From: Pseudomonadota bacterium
Lineage (GTDB): Bacteria; Desulfobacterota; Binatia; Binatales; Binataceae
Assembly: GCA_021323675.1 (NCBI GenBank)
Contig: JAJPKP010000055.1
Location: forward strand, 1,529-65,528
DNA length: 64,000 nt
Direction: 5' to 3'
Shown here: one piece after another, positions 38,463-50,599 of the stretch
How positions within the stretch are numbered: the stretch's first letter is position 1
How the letters are laid out: the number at the start of each line of letters is the position of its first letter
The notes under the pieces: model-generated
The model's database searches: none
The model's input: only the letters and a program-made list of their open reading frames with translations
Told to the model about the DNA's origin: nothing
Position numbers and translations under genes: made by a program

Positions 38463-39263
38463 ATGAGCGACTGGGAGCCGGAACTTTACAATCGTTTTCG
38501 CCGCTATCGATACGAGCCGGTCGAGGCGATCCTCGCGCGGCTGCCCATTTCAGCCGACGAGCGGATTGCCGATCTCGGATGCGGCAGCGGAGAAAACACG
38601 ATCGAGCTCGCGCGCCGCGCGGTTGCCGGACGCGTCACGGGAATCGACTCGTCGCCGGCGATGATCGATGCCGCGAACAAGGCTCGCGCGGAGTTGCCTC
38701 CCGCGCTCGGTGATCGCGTCGCCTTCATGGTGGGAGACATCTCGCGGCTCGAGGCCGCGGCTCAATATTCGATCATCTTTTCGAATGCGGCCCTGCAATG
38801 GATACCGCATCATCGCGACGTGCTTTCCGCGTGGTTCCGCGCGCTTGCGCCGGGGGGGCGGATGGTCGTGCAGATGCCCGCGAACGATCGCGAGACCGCG
38901 AAGGTCGAATTGGGCAACCTTGCACGCGAGGAACCGTGGCGCTCGATGCTGTCGGGTGTCGACCAGTCATTTCGCGAAGTGCCGCCGCCTGAGAAATACG
39001 CTTCCATCCTGCACGAGATCGGTTTCATCGAGGTCGATTGCTACTACCATACCTTTCACCATCCGATGCTGAGTCCGTCCGAGGTCGTGGAATGGTATCG
39101 TGCCACCGGCCTGCGTCCGTTCATCAACGCATTGCCCGAGCGCCATCGCGCCCCGTTTCTCGATGCGTATCGCGGCCGGTTGGAACGCGCTTACGGCACA
39201 ACCGCAAAGATGACTTTCGGCTTCAAGCGCCTGTTCATCTGGGGGCGCCGTCCCGCCGCCTGA
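38463..39263 (+). CDS. tam: Trans-aconitate 2-methyltransferase-like SAM methyltransferase
   Basis: W.P.LY.RF..R, DLGCGSG, FSNAALQW, VQMP.N, TGLRP, FKRLF. Confidence 0.8.
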   Translation: MSDWEPELYNRFRRYRYEPVEAILARLPISADERIADLGCGSGENTIELARRAVAGRVTGIDSSPAMIDAANKARAELPPALGDRVAFMVGDISRLEAAAQYSIIFSNAALQWIPHHRDVLSAWFRALAPGGRMVVQMPANDRETAKVELGNLAREEPWRSMLSGVDQSFREVPPPEKYASILHEIGFIEVDCYYHTFHHPMLSPSEVVEWYRATGLRPFINALPERHRAPFLDAYRGRLERAYGTTAKMTFGFKRLFIWGRRPAA

Positions 39264-39265
39264 AA

Positions 39266-40222
39266 ATGCCGGCGCGGCGAATACTGCCGGCTCTGGTCGC
39301 GCATGGCGGAGCGGGCGCGCGCGGCGCCGCTTCCGAGCGCCCGTTGCGGCGCCAGGGCCTGCTTACGGCGGTCCGGCGCGGCGCGGAAATCCTTCGCGAA
39401 GGCGGAAGCGCAATCGACGCCGTTCAGGTAACGGTCGTCGAACTCGAGGACAACCCGCTTTTCAACGCCGGGACCGGGTCCGTTCTCACCACCGCGGGCA
39501 CGGTCGAAATGGATGCATCGATCATGGTGGCGGAGCCGGCGTCCGCCGGACGCGAGGCTCGAATCGCGGCGGGCGCCGTCGCGGCGGTGAGCCGGGTGAG
39601 GAATCCGCTGATGCTTGCGCGCGCGGTGATGGAAGAGACGGCGCACGTGATGCTGGCGGGCAGCGGCGCGCATCAGTTCGCCCGGCGCGCCGGAATAGCC
39701 CTTTGCCGCAACGAGGAATTGATTACCGCGCGAGCGCGCGAGCGATGGCGCATGCGGATGGCGAAGATGCGCGAGCGCGCCGCGCGCCCCCTCGAATATG
39801 GGACGGTGGGCGCGGTCGCGATCGATTCGGCCGGACGAATTGCCGCCGCGACCTCGACCGGCGGCGTGCCCGGAAAGATTCCGGGGCGCGTCGGCGATTC
39901 CGCGATAATCGGAGCCGGAACCTTTGCTACGCCGTCCGCCGGCGCATCCGCAACCGGCCATGGCGAGGCGATCATCATGACCGCGCTATGCCGGCAAGCG
40001 ATCGATGGGCTCAGCGACCGCGCGCCGAACGGCGCGGCGCGCCGCGCGATTGCCTCGCTGCTTGCGCCCGCGCGGGCGGAAGGCGGAATAATCATTATCG
40101 ACCGCAATGCGCGAATCGGGTTCGCGCATAACGCGGAGGCGATGCAGGTGGCGACGTTCGATCCCGTCTCGGGAATCCGCCACATCTGGGTCGCGCCGCT
40201 CAAACCCGGGACGTTGTCGTGA
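39266..40222 (+). CDS. Isoaspartyl peptidase / L-asparaginase (Ntn hydrolase)
   Basis: HGGAG, LEDNPLFNAG, EMDASIM, GTVGAVA (Thr nucleophile), STGG, GRVGDS. Confidence 0.9.
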   Translation: MPARRILPALVAHGGAGARGAASERPLRRQGLLTAVRRGAEILREGGSAIDAVQVTVVELEDNPLFNAGTGSVLTTAGTVEMDASIMVAEPASAGREARIAAGAVAAVSRVRNPLMLARAVMEETAHVMLAGSGAHQFARRAGIALCRNEELITARARERWRMRMAKMRERAARPLEYGTVGAVAIDSAGRIAAATSTGGVPGKIPGRVGDSAIIGAGTFATPSAGASATGHGEAIIMTALCRQAIDGLSDRAPNGAARRAIASLLAPARAEGGIIIIDRNARIGFAHNAEAMQVATFDPVSGIRHIWVAPLKPGTLS

Positions 40223-41961
40223 ACGCTCGCGCCGAGACCGCCGCTGCCGCGCGCATCATCCCCCCAATTCAACTCGCCGCGGCGGCGATAGTGGCGTTTG
40301 TCGTTCTGGTGCAGGGAATCAGCGCGCCTTTTCAAAAGGATGCGGAGCCGCAATCCGCCGAATGGATCGTAAGCGTGGTCCGCGACGGGAACTGGCTGGT
40401 TCCGCGCGACTACTACGAATTCATCGATCGCAAGCCGCCTCTGTACTACTGGCTGTCGGCAATTGTTACAAAGGCGACGGGGGGAACGGTTGACGAGACT
40501 CGCGCGCGCATCGTTTCGGTGTTTTGCGCCACGCTTATCGCGCTTGAGGTTCTCGCCTGGACGGCTTCTGAAGTTGGCGTCGCGCAGGGATGGCTGGCGT
40601 TTCTGTTCCTGCTCGGAATCTATGGATTTTCCTCGCGCGCCACGCTCGCGCTTACCGACATGCTGATGACCGCGCTTCTGATGAGCGCGTATCTGGTCGC
40701 GTACCCGATGCTGGAGGGCGAGGCGTCGCTTGCGCGCACCGCGGTTCTCGGCTGCCTCCTGGGACTGGGAATTCTGACCAAAGGGCCGCTGGTGCTGATA
40801 CTCATCGGCCTGGCGGGCGTCATCTATCTGCTGCTCGGCAGGCGCGATGTGATCGCCGCGCTGCGGCGCGCGTGGCCCTGGCAGGCGGCCGCTTTAGCCG
40901 TGGCGATCGGCGCGTGCTGGTACGTGCCCTGGCTTGCGATAGGAGGACGGCGCGAACTGGGCATCTTTCTCAACGAAAACCTGGGCCACTTCGCGCCCCG
41001 GGCATTCGGCGGGACCGGGGAAGCATCGCGACCGATCTGGTACATCCTCGCGCGGCTCATCGGCGGAGCCAATCCGGTCATCCTGCTGGCGCCGGCGACG
41101 CTGGCGGCATTCGCGACCGGTGAAGTTCGCGAATCGGCGCGCCGCCCGCTGCTATTTCAAGCCAGTTTCGTGGCGGCTGTAATCCTGTTCTTTTCGGTCG
41201 CGAGCGCGAAGCGCGATGACTACATCCTGCCGGCCCTTCCCGCCGTGGCGATTCTAAGCGCCGGCGCGTTTGGTTTGGGCCCGCCCGCTACAGGCTTCGC
41301 GGGCGGCGCGAAGATTCGCGACGGCGTGTGCTGGCTTATCGCATTTGCGGCGTTGCTCGCGGTGGTGCTGAGCCTCGTGACCGCACGCAGCCATCCGCAG
41401 TTGTCGCTTCAATCCAGTGACTCGGAGTTGATGATGCTGCTGGAGCGGGGAATCGGCTCACGCGCGCTCCCGTTCGTCGCGTTTCTTGCCGTTTCCTCCG
41501 TTGCCGCGATTGCCGCCATCGTCCTCCTGTCGAACAGGTCGATCCTGCTCGCGGGGTTTGCGATCGGTCTGGTTAGCCTGAGCGGGGTCGTCCTGATGGA
41601 CGCGATAGTGCGGCCGGAACTTGCGTGGGCGCGCGGCTACAAGAGCTTCGTCGAGCGCATCCGCCGCCAACTCGACGGACATCGACTTTTTGTGGTTCGC
41701 GATGCCGATTTCGAGCTGTCCTTCTACTACGGCAGCGGCGTTCCGCCGCTCACCGGAACGCGCGCCGTTGCTCCTCCCGTTGATACGGCCTCGATGCTGA
41801 TTGCGCGCGACGCGGAGCTGGCGATGCTGCCGGAGAGCTACCGCGGCAGGCTGCGCCTTATCGAGAAATCGAACCTGTTGAGCAAGGAAGGGGCGCCGGC
41901 CTTGTACCTGATCGAGGTCCGGCCGGGTGGTTTGAACGGCGGCGGCGGAATCGCTAGATAG
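40219..41961 (+). CDS. ArnT-like GT-C glycosyltransferase
   Basis: DAE, G.WLVP, KPPLYYW, TDM, LTKGP, SAKR..YILP; many TM segments. Confidence 0.82.
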   Translation: MNARAETAAAARIIPPIQLAAAAIVAFVVLVQGISAPFQKDAEPQSAEWIVSVVRDGNWLVPRDYYEFIDRKPPLYYWLSAIVTKATGGTVDETRARIVSVFCATLIALEVLAWTASEVGVAQGWLAFLFLLGIYGFSSRATLALTDMLMTALLMSAYLVAYPMLEGEASLARTAVLGCLLGLGILTKGPLVLILIGLAGVIYLLLGRRDVIAALRRAWPWQAAALAVAIGACWYVPWLAIGGRRELGIFLNENLGHFAPRAFGGTGEASRPIWYILARLIGGANPVILLAPATLAAFATGEVRESARRPLLFQASFVAAVILFFSVASAKRDDYILPALPAVAILSAGAFGLGPPATGFAGGAKIRDGVCWLIAFAALLAVVLSLVTARSHPQLSLQSSDSELMMLLERGIGSRALPFVAFLAVSSVAAIAAIVLLSNRSILLAGFAIGLVSLSGVVLMDAIVRPELAWARGYKSFVERIRRQLDGHRLFVVRDADFELSFYYGSGVPPLTGTRAVAPPVDTASMLIARDAELAMLPESYRGRLRLIEKSNLLSKEGAPALYLIEVRPGGLNGGGGIAR

Positions 41962-41967
41962 AGGGCG

Positions 41968-42183
41968 ATGGCAGATCAGGTGGAAAAGGCGGAGCGAGCG
42001 GTCAGCGCACTGATGCGCCTGGGCATTTCGGCGGTGCTGCCGCTATGGGCGCTGCTGATGATCATCCTCGGCATCGAGTATCGCTCACTGTGGTGGTTGG
42101 GAACCGGCCTGGTGGTTGGCGCAATCGGAATTCTGTTTCTCGCGGGCAGCCCGGTTGCGAATCTTATCGAGCGCGAGCGCTAG
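41968..42183 (+). CDS. Small hypothetical membrane protein
   Basis: 71 aa, two hydrophobic segments, 6 bp after the ArnT-like gene. Confidence 0.6.
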   Translation: MADQVEKAERAVSALMRLGISAVLPLWALLMIILGIEYRSLWWLGTGLVVGAIGILFLAGSPVANLIERER

Positions 42184-42318
42184 ACCGGCGCATCTTCTCA
42201 CTGCCGGAGCGAAAGCAGGCAGCGCGGCGGTCCAGGCCAGCTCGGAAAAGAGGGATGCATTCACCGGCCCGCGACGCCATTTGCCCCCTTTGCGGTCACT
42301 GGGTATTGTCGCATCGAG

Positions 42319-42654
42319 ATGCCGATTTTCGAGTATGAATGTTCGCGATGCGGGCGAGTCAGTTCCCACGTCGTGATTGGCTCGCGCAGGCGCGAGCGCC
42401 GCGTCTGCCCCGGCTGCAACTCGACCCGGCTGAAACGGGTGATGTCATCGTTCGCGGTGGTCGAGAGTGAAGCCTCTCGGCTTCAGAATTTCGACACCTC
42501 CAGGCCTCGCGACGAGTCCTTCTACCGCGATTCGCGCAACGTGGGCTTGTGGGCGAAAAAACGCGCCAAGGAGATGGGCGTCGATCTGGGTCCCGGTTTC
42601 GATGCCACCGTCGAAAAGGCGCGCAGCGGCAAGCTCATCAAGGAAATGTCATAG
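42319..42654 (+). CDS. FmdB family zinc-ribbon protein
   Basis: MPIFEYECSRCG...CPGC.S..LKRVMS. Confidence 0.85.
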   Translation: MPIFEYECSRCGRVSSHVVIGSRRRERRVCPGCNSTRLKRVMSSFAVVESEASRLQNFDTSRPRDESFYRDSRNVGLWAKKRAKEMGVDLGPGFDATVEKARSGKLIKEMS

Positions 42655-42720
42655 GATGGAGAGGACGGGACGAGCAGGATCGCGGCAGTCTCTGGAGCGC
42701 AATCCTCGAAAGAACTGGAT

Positions 42721-42981
42721 ATGAGCGACGAAAAAGACCGTTTCGGCGACAAGCTGCACGACGTGGAAGCTGCCCGCGAAGACCAATGGGCTGCCAGACA
42801 GGATGCGGAGTTGATGAGAAGGATGCGGGAGAAGCTGGAAAAATCGATGCAGTGTCCCGACTGCAAGCGCAACCTGATTCAACATCGCCTCGGAGAAGTT
42901 GCGCTTCTCGCCTGTCCCGATGGCGATGGCGCGTGGATCGATGGCGCCGATCTGGAAAAGCTCGCCAAATCAATGAGGTAG
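42721..42981 (+). CDS. zf-TFIIB-like small protein with helical N-terminus
   Basis: MQCPDC..L...ACPDGDGAWIDGADLEKL. Confidence 0.7.
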   Translation: MSDEKDRFGDKLHDVEAAREDQWAARQDAELMRRMREKLEKSMQCPDCKRNLIQHRLGEVALLACPDGDGAWIDGADLEKLAKSMR

Positions 42982-43074
42982 GAGAGAGTTTCCCGGACCG
43001 AGATGCTTGCGCTATAGTGATGCGTAGAAGAAGTTGTGCTTAAGCATCGAGACCTCTGGCTAAAGTCACTCTTC

Positions 43075-43103
43075 TTGACAGTTCGATCCGGTCCAACTAA
43101 TTG
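43075..43103 (+). promoter_or_regulatory. Putative sigma70 promoter of the nuo operon
   Basis: Perfect TTGACA, 17-bp spacer, weak -10 TAATTG, 20 bp before nuoA. Confidence 0.4.
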
Positions 43104-43122
43104 AGGTTGCGGTAATCAGCTT

Positions 43123-43509
43123 ATGTATCTGCACTTCGGTGTGCCGCTCGCCCTGACCGTCTTCGGCGTCCTGCTGATTGCGGCGATGTTTGGTCTGCAG
43201 AAGCTGCTTTCCCCGAACAATCCCTACCAGCGCAAGCTCACTCCCTACGAATGCGGAGAACCTCCGACCGGACGCGCCTGGATTAACTTTAATGTCCGTT
43301 TTTATCTGATTGCGCTTATCTTCGTCGTCTTCGAAGTCGAAGTCGCGTTCATCTATCCGATCGCGGCGGTCTACCTCAATTGGGTTCGCAGCGGACAGCG
43401 CCTGTACGCGCTGGCTGAAATCCTGATCTTCCTCCTGATTCTCTTCGTTGGGCTGATCTATGTCTGGGTCAAGCATGACCTGGAATGGGTCAAGAAGGTG
43501 CCGGAGTAA
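43123..43509 (+). CDS. nuoA: Complex I subunit A
   Basis: [24 protein letters not shown]. Confidence 0.93.
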   Translation: MYLHFGVPLALTVFGVLLIAAMFGLQKLLSPNNPYQRKLTPYECGEPPTGRAWINFNVRFYLIALIFVVFEVEVAFIYPIAAVYLNWVRSGQRLYALAEILIFLLILFVGLIYVWVKHDLEWVKKVPE

Positions 43510-43523
43510 GTGGTGAGGGAGTT

Positions 43524-44033
43524 ATGTCGCTTCTGAATACGCTTCCGGATTACGTGCTAACGACCAAGACCGACGAATTGCTGAACTGGATGCGCAAATC
43601 GAGCATCTGGTACATGCTCTTCGGTCTTGCGTGCTGCGCCATCGAACTCATGCATACCGGCGGCCCCCGCGCCGATATCGATCGGTTCGGCGCAAGCCCC
43701 CGGGCTTCGGCGCGGCAGTCGGACCTGATGATCGTGGCGGGAACTCTGACGCTCAAGATGGCTTTGCGCACCCGGCTGCTGTACGACCAGATGCCGGAGC
43801 CGCGTTACGTCATCTCGATGGGATCGTGCGCGAGCTGCGGCGGCCTGTTCCAGCTCGCCTATTCCGTCTGCGACGGCGTGGACAAGATCGTGCCGGTTGA
43901 CGTCTATGTTCCCGGATGTCCGCCGCGACCCGAGGCGCTCACCGAGGGCCTGCTCAAGCTGCAGGAAAAGATAATGACCGAGCGCTGGCTGACCCGCTCG
44001 AACCACGCCAACGGTCAGGTGACCGCGGCCTGA
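43524..44033 (+). CDS. nuoB: Complex I subunit B
   Basis: [34 protein letters not shown]. Confidence 0.95.
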   Translation: MSLLNTLPDYVLTTKTDELLNWMRKSSIWYMLFGLACCAIELMHTGGPRADIDRFGASPRASARQSDLMIVAGTLTLKMALRTRLLYDQMPEPRYVISMGSCASCGGLFQLAYSVCDGVDKIVPVDVYVPGCPPRPEALTEGLLKLQEKIMTERWLTRSNHANGQVTAA

Positions 44034-44035
44034 GA

Positions 44036-44545
44036 ATGGAACCGCTGGCGATATATCAGCGGCTCAAAGAACGGTTCGGCGATCGGGTTCTGGAAATTTC
44101 CGATTCGAAGCTCGACCCGTTCTGCGTCGTCGATCCCGCCGCCATCGTCGAGGTCGCAACCGCCCTGCGCGACGACCCCGAGACGGCGATGGATTGTCTT
44201 TCCAACCAGAGCGGCGTCGACTACAAGGATCGGATCGAGGTCGTTTACCATTTCTTTTCCTATCGGCTGCGCCACGGCGCGGTGCTCAAGGTCAAGCTGC
44301 CGCGCGACAATCCGTCCGTGCACACCCTCGAGCACGTGTGGAAGTCGGCCAACTGGATGGAGCGCGAGATTTTCGATTTGCTGGGCGTGACGTTCGAAGG
44401 CCACAGCGACCTGCGGCGCATCCTGATGCCGGAGGACTGGCCCGGCTATCCGCTGCGCAAGGATTTCGTCGAGCCGCTCGAATATCACGGCATATCCACC
44501 GTTCGCGAGAGCCCGATAATCCGGCTCGATACCAGGAAGAAATGA
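44036..44545 (+). CDS. nuoC: Complex I subunit C
   Basis: [37 protein letters not shown]. Confidence 0.93.
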   Translation: MEPLAIYQRLKERFGDRVLEISDSKLDPFCVVDPAAIVEVATALRDDPETAMDCLSNQSGVDYKDRIEVVYHFFSYRLRHGAVLKVKLPRDNPSVHTLEHVWKSANWMEREIFDLLGVTFEGHSDLRRILMPEDWPGYPLRKDFVEPLEYHGISTVRESPIIRLDTRKK

Positions 44546-45660
44546 GCACGCTGCGCACCGAAGAAATGACGCTCAACATGGGCCCGCAGCATCCCTCGAC
44601 TCACGGGGTGCTGCGCTTCGTAATTCGCGCCGATGGCGAAGTGATGCGCGAGGCGGTGCCCGACGTCGGCTATCTTCATCGCTCGATCGAAAAGATTGCC
44701 GAGAAGGTCGGCTATCACGGCTTCATGCCCTATACCGATCGCGTCGATTACGTATGCGCGATGTTCACCAATCAGGGCTGGGCGATGGCATCCGAGCGCC
44801 TGGCCGGGATCGAAGTGCCCCGGCGCGGAGAATACTGCCGCGTCATCGCCGCCGAGTTGAATCGCATCGCGTCCCATCTCATCTCGGTCGGCACGATGGG
44901 CATGGACATCGGCGCGATGACCCCGTTTACGCACGCGCTGCGCGAGCGCGAGATGATCAACGACCTGATCGAGGAGCTGTGCGGCGCCCGCCTCACCTTC
45001 AACTACATGCGTATCGGCGGCGTCGCGTGGGATTTGCCGCCGGGATGGCGCGAGAAGGCGCTTGCGTACCTGGATCACTTCGATCCGATTCTCGACGAAT
45101 ACAATTCGCTGATTTCCTACAACAAGATCTACGTGGAGCGCCTCGCCAACGTCGGTGTTATCACCCCGGAGGAGGCCATCAGCTACAACCTCGTCGGTCC
45201 GAATCTGCGAGCCTGCGGAATAAAATGGGATCTCCGCAAAGATATCCCATACTCGGTTTACCCCGATTTCGAATTCGACGTGCCGGTGGGCGAGGGCCGC
45301 TGGGGCACGCTTGGCGACTCGATGGACCGCTACATGGTGCGGATCATGGAGATGAAGGAGTCGTCCCGGATCCTGCGCCAGGCGTTGCAAAACCTCCCCT
45401 CGGGTCCGGTGCTCGCCAAGGTGCCGCGCAACTTCAAGCCCCCCAAGGGCGAATGCCAGGTTCGCATCGAGTCCGCGCGCGGCGACATGGGATGGTACGT
45501 GGTGAGCGACGGCACCGGCTATCCATGGCGCGTGCACGTGCGCACCGGCTCCTTTGCCGCGATGGGAATCGTGCAGAAGCTGAGCCGCGGCTTGATGATT
45601 GCCGACCTGGTGACGCTCATCGCCAGTCTCGACGTGATTGCTCCGGAGATCGACCGGTAA
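44542..45660 (+). CDS. nuoD: Complex I subunit D
   Basis: [34 protein letters not shown]-terminus; no NiFe CxxC pairs. Confidence 0.95.
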   Translation: MSTLRTEEMTLNMGPQHPSTHGVLRFVIRADGEVMREAVPDVGYLHRSIEKIAEKVGYHGFMPYTDRVDYVCAMFTNQGWAMASERLAGIEVPRRGEYCRVIAAELNRIASHLISVGTMGMDIGAMTPFTHALREREMINDLIEELCGARLTFNYMRIGGVAWDLPPGWREKALAYLDHFDPILDEYNSLISYNKIYVERLANVGVITPEEAISYNLVGPNLRACGIKWDLRKDIPYSVYPDFEFDVPVGEGRWGTLGDSMDRYMVRIMEMKESSRILRQALQNLPSGPVLAKVPRNFKPPKGECQVRIESARGDMGWYVVSDGTGYPWRVHVRTGSFAAMGIVQKLSRGLMIADLVTLIASLDVIAPEIDR

Positions 45661-45666
45661 TCGTCA

Positions 45667-46857
45667 ATGGAAACGCTGATTAACAATCTGATCGCTTCCG
45701 GACTCTTTGGCGCCAAGCCGTCCTTCGACGTGGTCGCCGCCATCGTTGAGTTCGTCGCCGGCGCAGTCGTGTTCCTGGTGGTGGCGATGCCGTTTGCGGG
45801 AGTCGTGACCTGGCTGGAGCGGCGCGTGTGGGCGCGTATCCAGTCCCGGGTCGGTCCCAATCGCGTCGGTCCGCAAGGCTTCCTTCAGTGGCTCGCCGAC
45901 GGACTGAAGAACATCTGCAAAGAAGATCTGATCCCGGCCGAGGCCGACGCGCCGCTGTTCAAGCTGGCGCCGTACCTCGTGATGCTGGCGTTCATTCTGC
46001 CGTGGTCGGTCATGCCATTTTCGAGCAGCCTCATCCTGGCCGACCTGAACGTGGGCGTGCTCTTTTTCACCTCGGTCACCGCGTTGACGGTGGTCGGGGT
46101 GCTGATGGCGGGATGGGCGTCGAACGACAAATGGTCGCTGATCGGCGGAATCAGGTCGGCGGCGCAGATTGTCAGCTATGAAATTCCCGCCGGCCTCTCG
46201 ATCTTCCCGGTCGTGCTGATGACCGGAACGCTGTCGATGCAGGGAATTATCCAGGCGCAGGGATGGGCTCCGCAGCACTGGTTCGTGTTCGCCAACCCGT
46301 TCACGTTTATCGCCGCCAATGTCCTGTTCGTCTCCGCGCTGGCGGAAGGAAACCGCACTCCTTTCGACCTTCCCGAGGCGGAAAGCGAACTGGTCGCGGG
46401 CTTCGCCACTGAATACAGCGGGATGCGGTACACCTTCTTCTTCATGGCCGAGTGGGGCAACCTGTTTCTGATCGGCGCCCTGATGACCACGCTGTTCCTC
46501 GGTGGATGGCGTTTTCCTCACGTGAGCGACAACGTCGTGGTCATGAACATCCTCGAACTCATCACCTTTAATGTGAAGGTGCTGGCGGTCGTGTTCGTTT
46601 CGATGTGGATTCGCGGAACGCTGCCGCGCGTGCGAATCGATCAGCTCATGACGCTGTGCTGGAAGTATCTGGTGCCGATTTCATTCGCCGACATGATTGG
46701 CACGGCGGTCTGGGTCGCGATCTGGCCCGACGGGAACGCGTTCATGGGCTACCTGATGTTTGCGGGCGGGCTGGCGGTGCTGGCGGTATTCGTGCGGCGG
46801 GTTGTGTATTACGTGAGAAGGTCGCGGATGGAACTTTACTTCCGTCCGGGAATCTAG
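45667..46857 (+). CDS. nuoH: Complex I subunit H
   Basis: ERRV..R.GPNRVG, AQIVSYE, NRTPFDLPEAESELVAG, LPRVRIDQL. Confidence 0.95.
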   Translation: METLINNLIASGLFGAKPSFDVVAAIVEFVAGAVVFLVVAMPFAGVVTWLERRVWARIQSRVGPNRVGPQGFLQWLADGLKNICKEDLIPAEADAPLFKLAPYLVMLAFILPWSVMPFSSSLILADLNVGVLFFTSVTALTVVGVLMAGWASNDKWSLIGGIRSAAQIVSYEIPAGLSIFPVVLMTGTLSMQGIIQAQGWAPQHWFVFANPFTFIAANVLFVSALAEGNRTPFDLPEAESELVAGFATEYSGMRYTFFFMAEWGNLFLIGALMTTLFLGGWRFPHVSDNVVVMNILELITFNVKVLAVVFVSMWIRGTLPRVRIDQLMTLCWKYLVPISFADMIGTAVWVAIWPDGNAFMGYLMFAGGLAVLAVFVRRVVYYVRRSRMELYFRPGI

Positions 46858-46867
46858 GGTGTTGGCG

Positions 46868-47434
46868 ATGGGTGCGTTTGGCTCCTACGTGCAGAACATC
46901 AAAGACGCCGTAGCCACCATTTTCGACGGGATGGCGGTGACCGCGTCGCATTTTGTGCGCAAACCCTACACGGTTCAGTATCCGGACCGGATGCCGGTGC
47001 GCGTGCAGGACACGCTGCCCTTCCGCTATCGCGGAATTCTCGAAGTCGACCTGGAAATCTGCACCGGATGCCTTGCGTGCGAGCGCGCCTGCCCCATCGA
47101 TTGCATCGTGATCTCCTGCGAGAAGGATCCCAAGACCCGCTCGATGGTCATCTCGCAGTTCGATATCGACATTGCCAAGTGCATGTTTTGCGGACTCTGC
47201 AGCGAACCATGTCCCACTGGCTCGATTCATCATACGAGCGAATTCGAGGGCGCGGACTATTCGCTCGAAAGCCTGATCCGCCGTTTCGTCAAGGAACCCG
47301 TGCAGGCGTACAAGCCTAAGAAGGGTCCCGAGACCGATCCGCGAATCGCGCCGATTCTGAGCCGCGGGATGCGCTATATCAACGAGTTCGCCCAGCCGGG
47401 CGGCGAAAAACCTGAAGACGAGGCGGAAGGGTAG
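46868..47434 (+). CDS. nuoI: Complex I subunit I (2x[4Fe-4S])
   Basis: TVQYP, CTGCLACERACP and CMFCGLCSEPCP. Confidence 0.93.
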   Translation: MGAFGSYVQNIKDAVATIFDGMAVTASHFVRKPYTVQYPDRMPVRVQDTLPFRYRGILEVDLEICTGCLACERACPIDCIVISCEKDPKTRSMVISQFDIDIAKCMFCGLCSEPCPTGSIHHTSEFEGADYSLESLIRRFVKEPVQAYKPKKGPETDPRIAPILSRGMRYINEFAQPGGEKPEDEAEG

Positions 47435-47471
47435 GCGCGCGGACCTGCGCCTGGGGAGGAGATTCGCGGCA

Positions 47472-47969
47472 ATGCTGGCGACGATAATCTTCTACGCGCT
47501 TGCCATCCTGACGGTCGGCTCTTCGTGCATCGTGGTGTTTTCGCGAAACGTGGTCTATTCCACGTTCGCGTTGCTGGGCGCATTCATGGGCGTGGTCGGC
47601 ATCTACGTCCTGCTCGCGGCGGATTTCGTGGCGATGGTGCAGTTGCTGGTCTATGTGGGCGGAATTCTGGTGCTCACCATCTTTGCCGTGATGCTCACGC
47701 AGGGAATCGCGGACGTTACCATTTCCAACCGCTCGGTCGGGCTGATTCCGGCGCTGGTGATCGCCGTGGTCGCGGGCGGAGTGATGGCATTCGCGGTCGA
47801 GCGGACGCACTGGCACCTGGCGGCTTCGGTTACGCCTTCGCCGACGACTTACGGTATCGGCAATGCTTTTCTCGGCGATTACGTGCTGCCGTTTGAGATT
47901 GCGTCGCTGGTGCTGCTGGCCGCGCTGATCGGAGCGATCGTTATCTCGCGCCACGAGGCGCGCGAGTAG
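47472..47969 (+). CDS. nuoJ: Complex I subunit J
   Basis: QLLVYVGGILVL, LPFEIASLVLL. Confidence 0.92.
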   Translation: MLATIIFYALAILTVGSSCIVVFSRNVVYSTFALLGAFMGVVGIYVLLAADFVAMVQLLVYVGGILVLTIFAVMLTQGIADVTISNRSVGLIPALVIAVVAGGVMAFAVERTHWHLAASVTPSPTTYGIGNAFLGDYVLPFEIASLVLLAALIGAIVISRHEARE

Positions 47970-47990
47970 GACGGGCACAGGGGAGTCCAA

Positions 47991-48305
47991 ATGGGAGGGG
48001 GAATCGGGCTCAATCACTTTCTGCTGTTGAGCCTCATCATCTTTTCGCTCGGGATGGTGTGCGTGCTCACCCGCCGCAACGCCATCGGCATCCTGATGGG
48101 AGTCGAGCTGATCCTCAACTCCGCCAACATCAACTATCTTGCCTTTGCCCACTACGGCGGCGCGAAATACGACGGCCAGGTCTTCGCGATTTTCGTGATC
48201 ATGCTCGCGGCCGCCGAGGCCGTAATCGGCCTCGCCGTGGTTCTGGCCATCTACCAGAACTTCAAGACCATCGACGTCGATGCGACGGAGACGCTCAGTG
48301 GCTAG
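47991..48305 (+). CDS. nuoK: Complex I subunit K
   Basis: RRNAI..LMGVELILN, AAAEAVIGLA. Confidence 0.94.
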   Translation: MGGGIGLNHFLLLSLIIFSLGMVCVLTRRNAIGILMGVELILNSANINYLAFAHYGGAKYDGQVFAIFVIMLAAAEAVIGLAVVLAIYQNFKTIDVDATETLSG

Positions 48306-48499
48306 CTTTCTGTGCGCGAAAGGAACCGGCGCGGGCGCCGCGCTCCGACGCGTTCAGTCATTGGATTTCCTTTTCGCCCGATCTGTTTTCTGCTTATATC
48401 TCCCCGATACATCGAGGCGGGGACGAGGATTGCGGTGCCGCAGGCGCGAAGCTTCCGATTTCCAGCTTCCAGTACGGACTTTGACGTGAGCATCTGCCG

Positions 48500-50560
<2,061 letters not shown>

Positions 50561-50599
50561 GCGCGCGCCGGAGGGGAACGGAAAAGAGCGTCTATCCAA

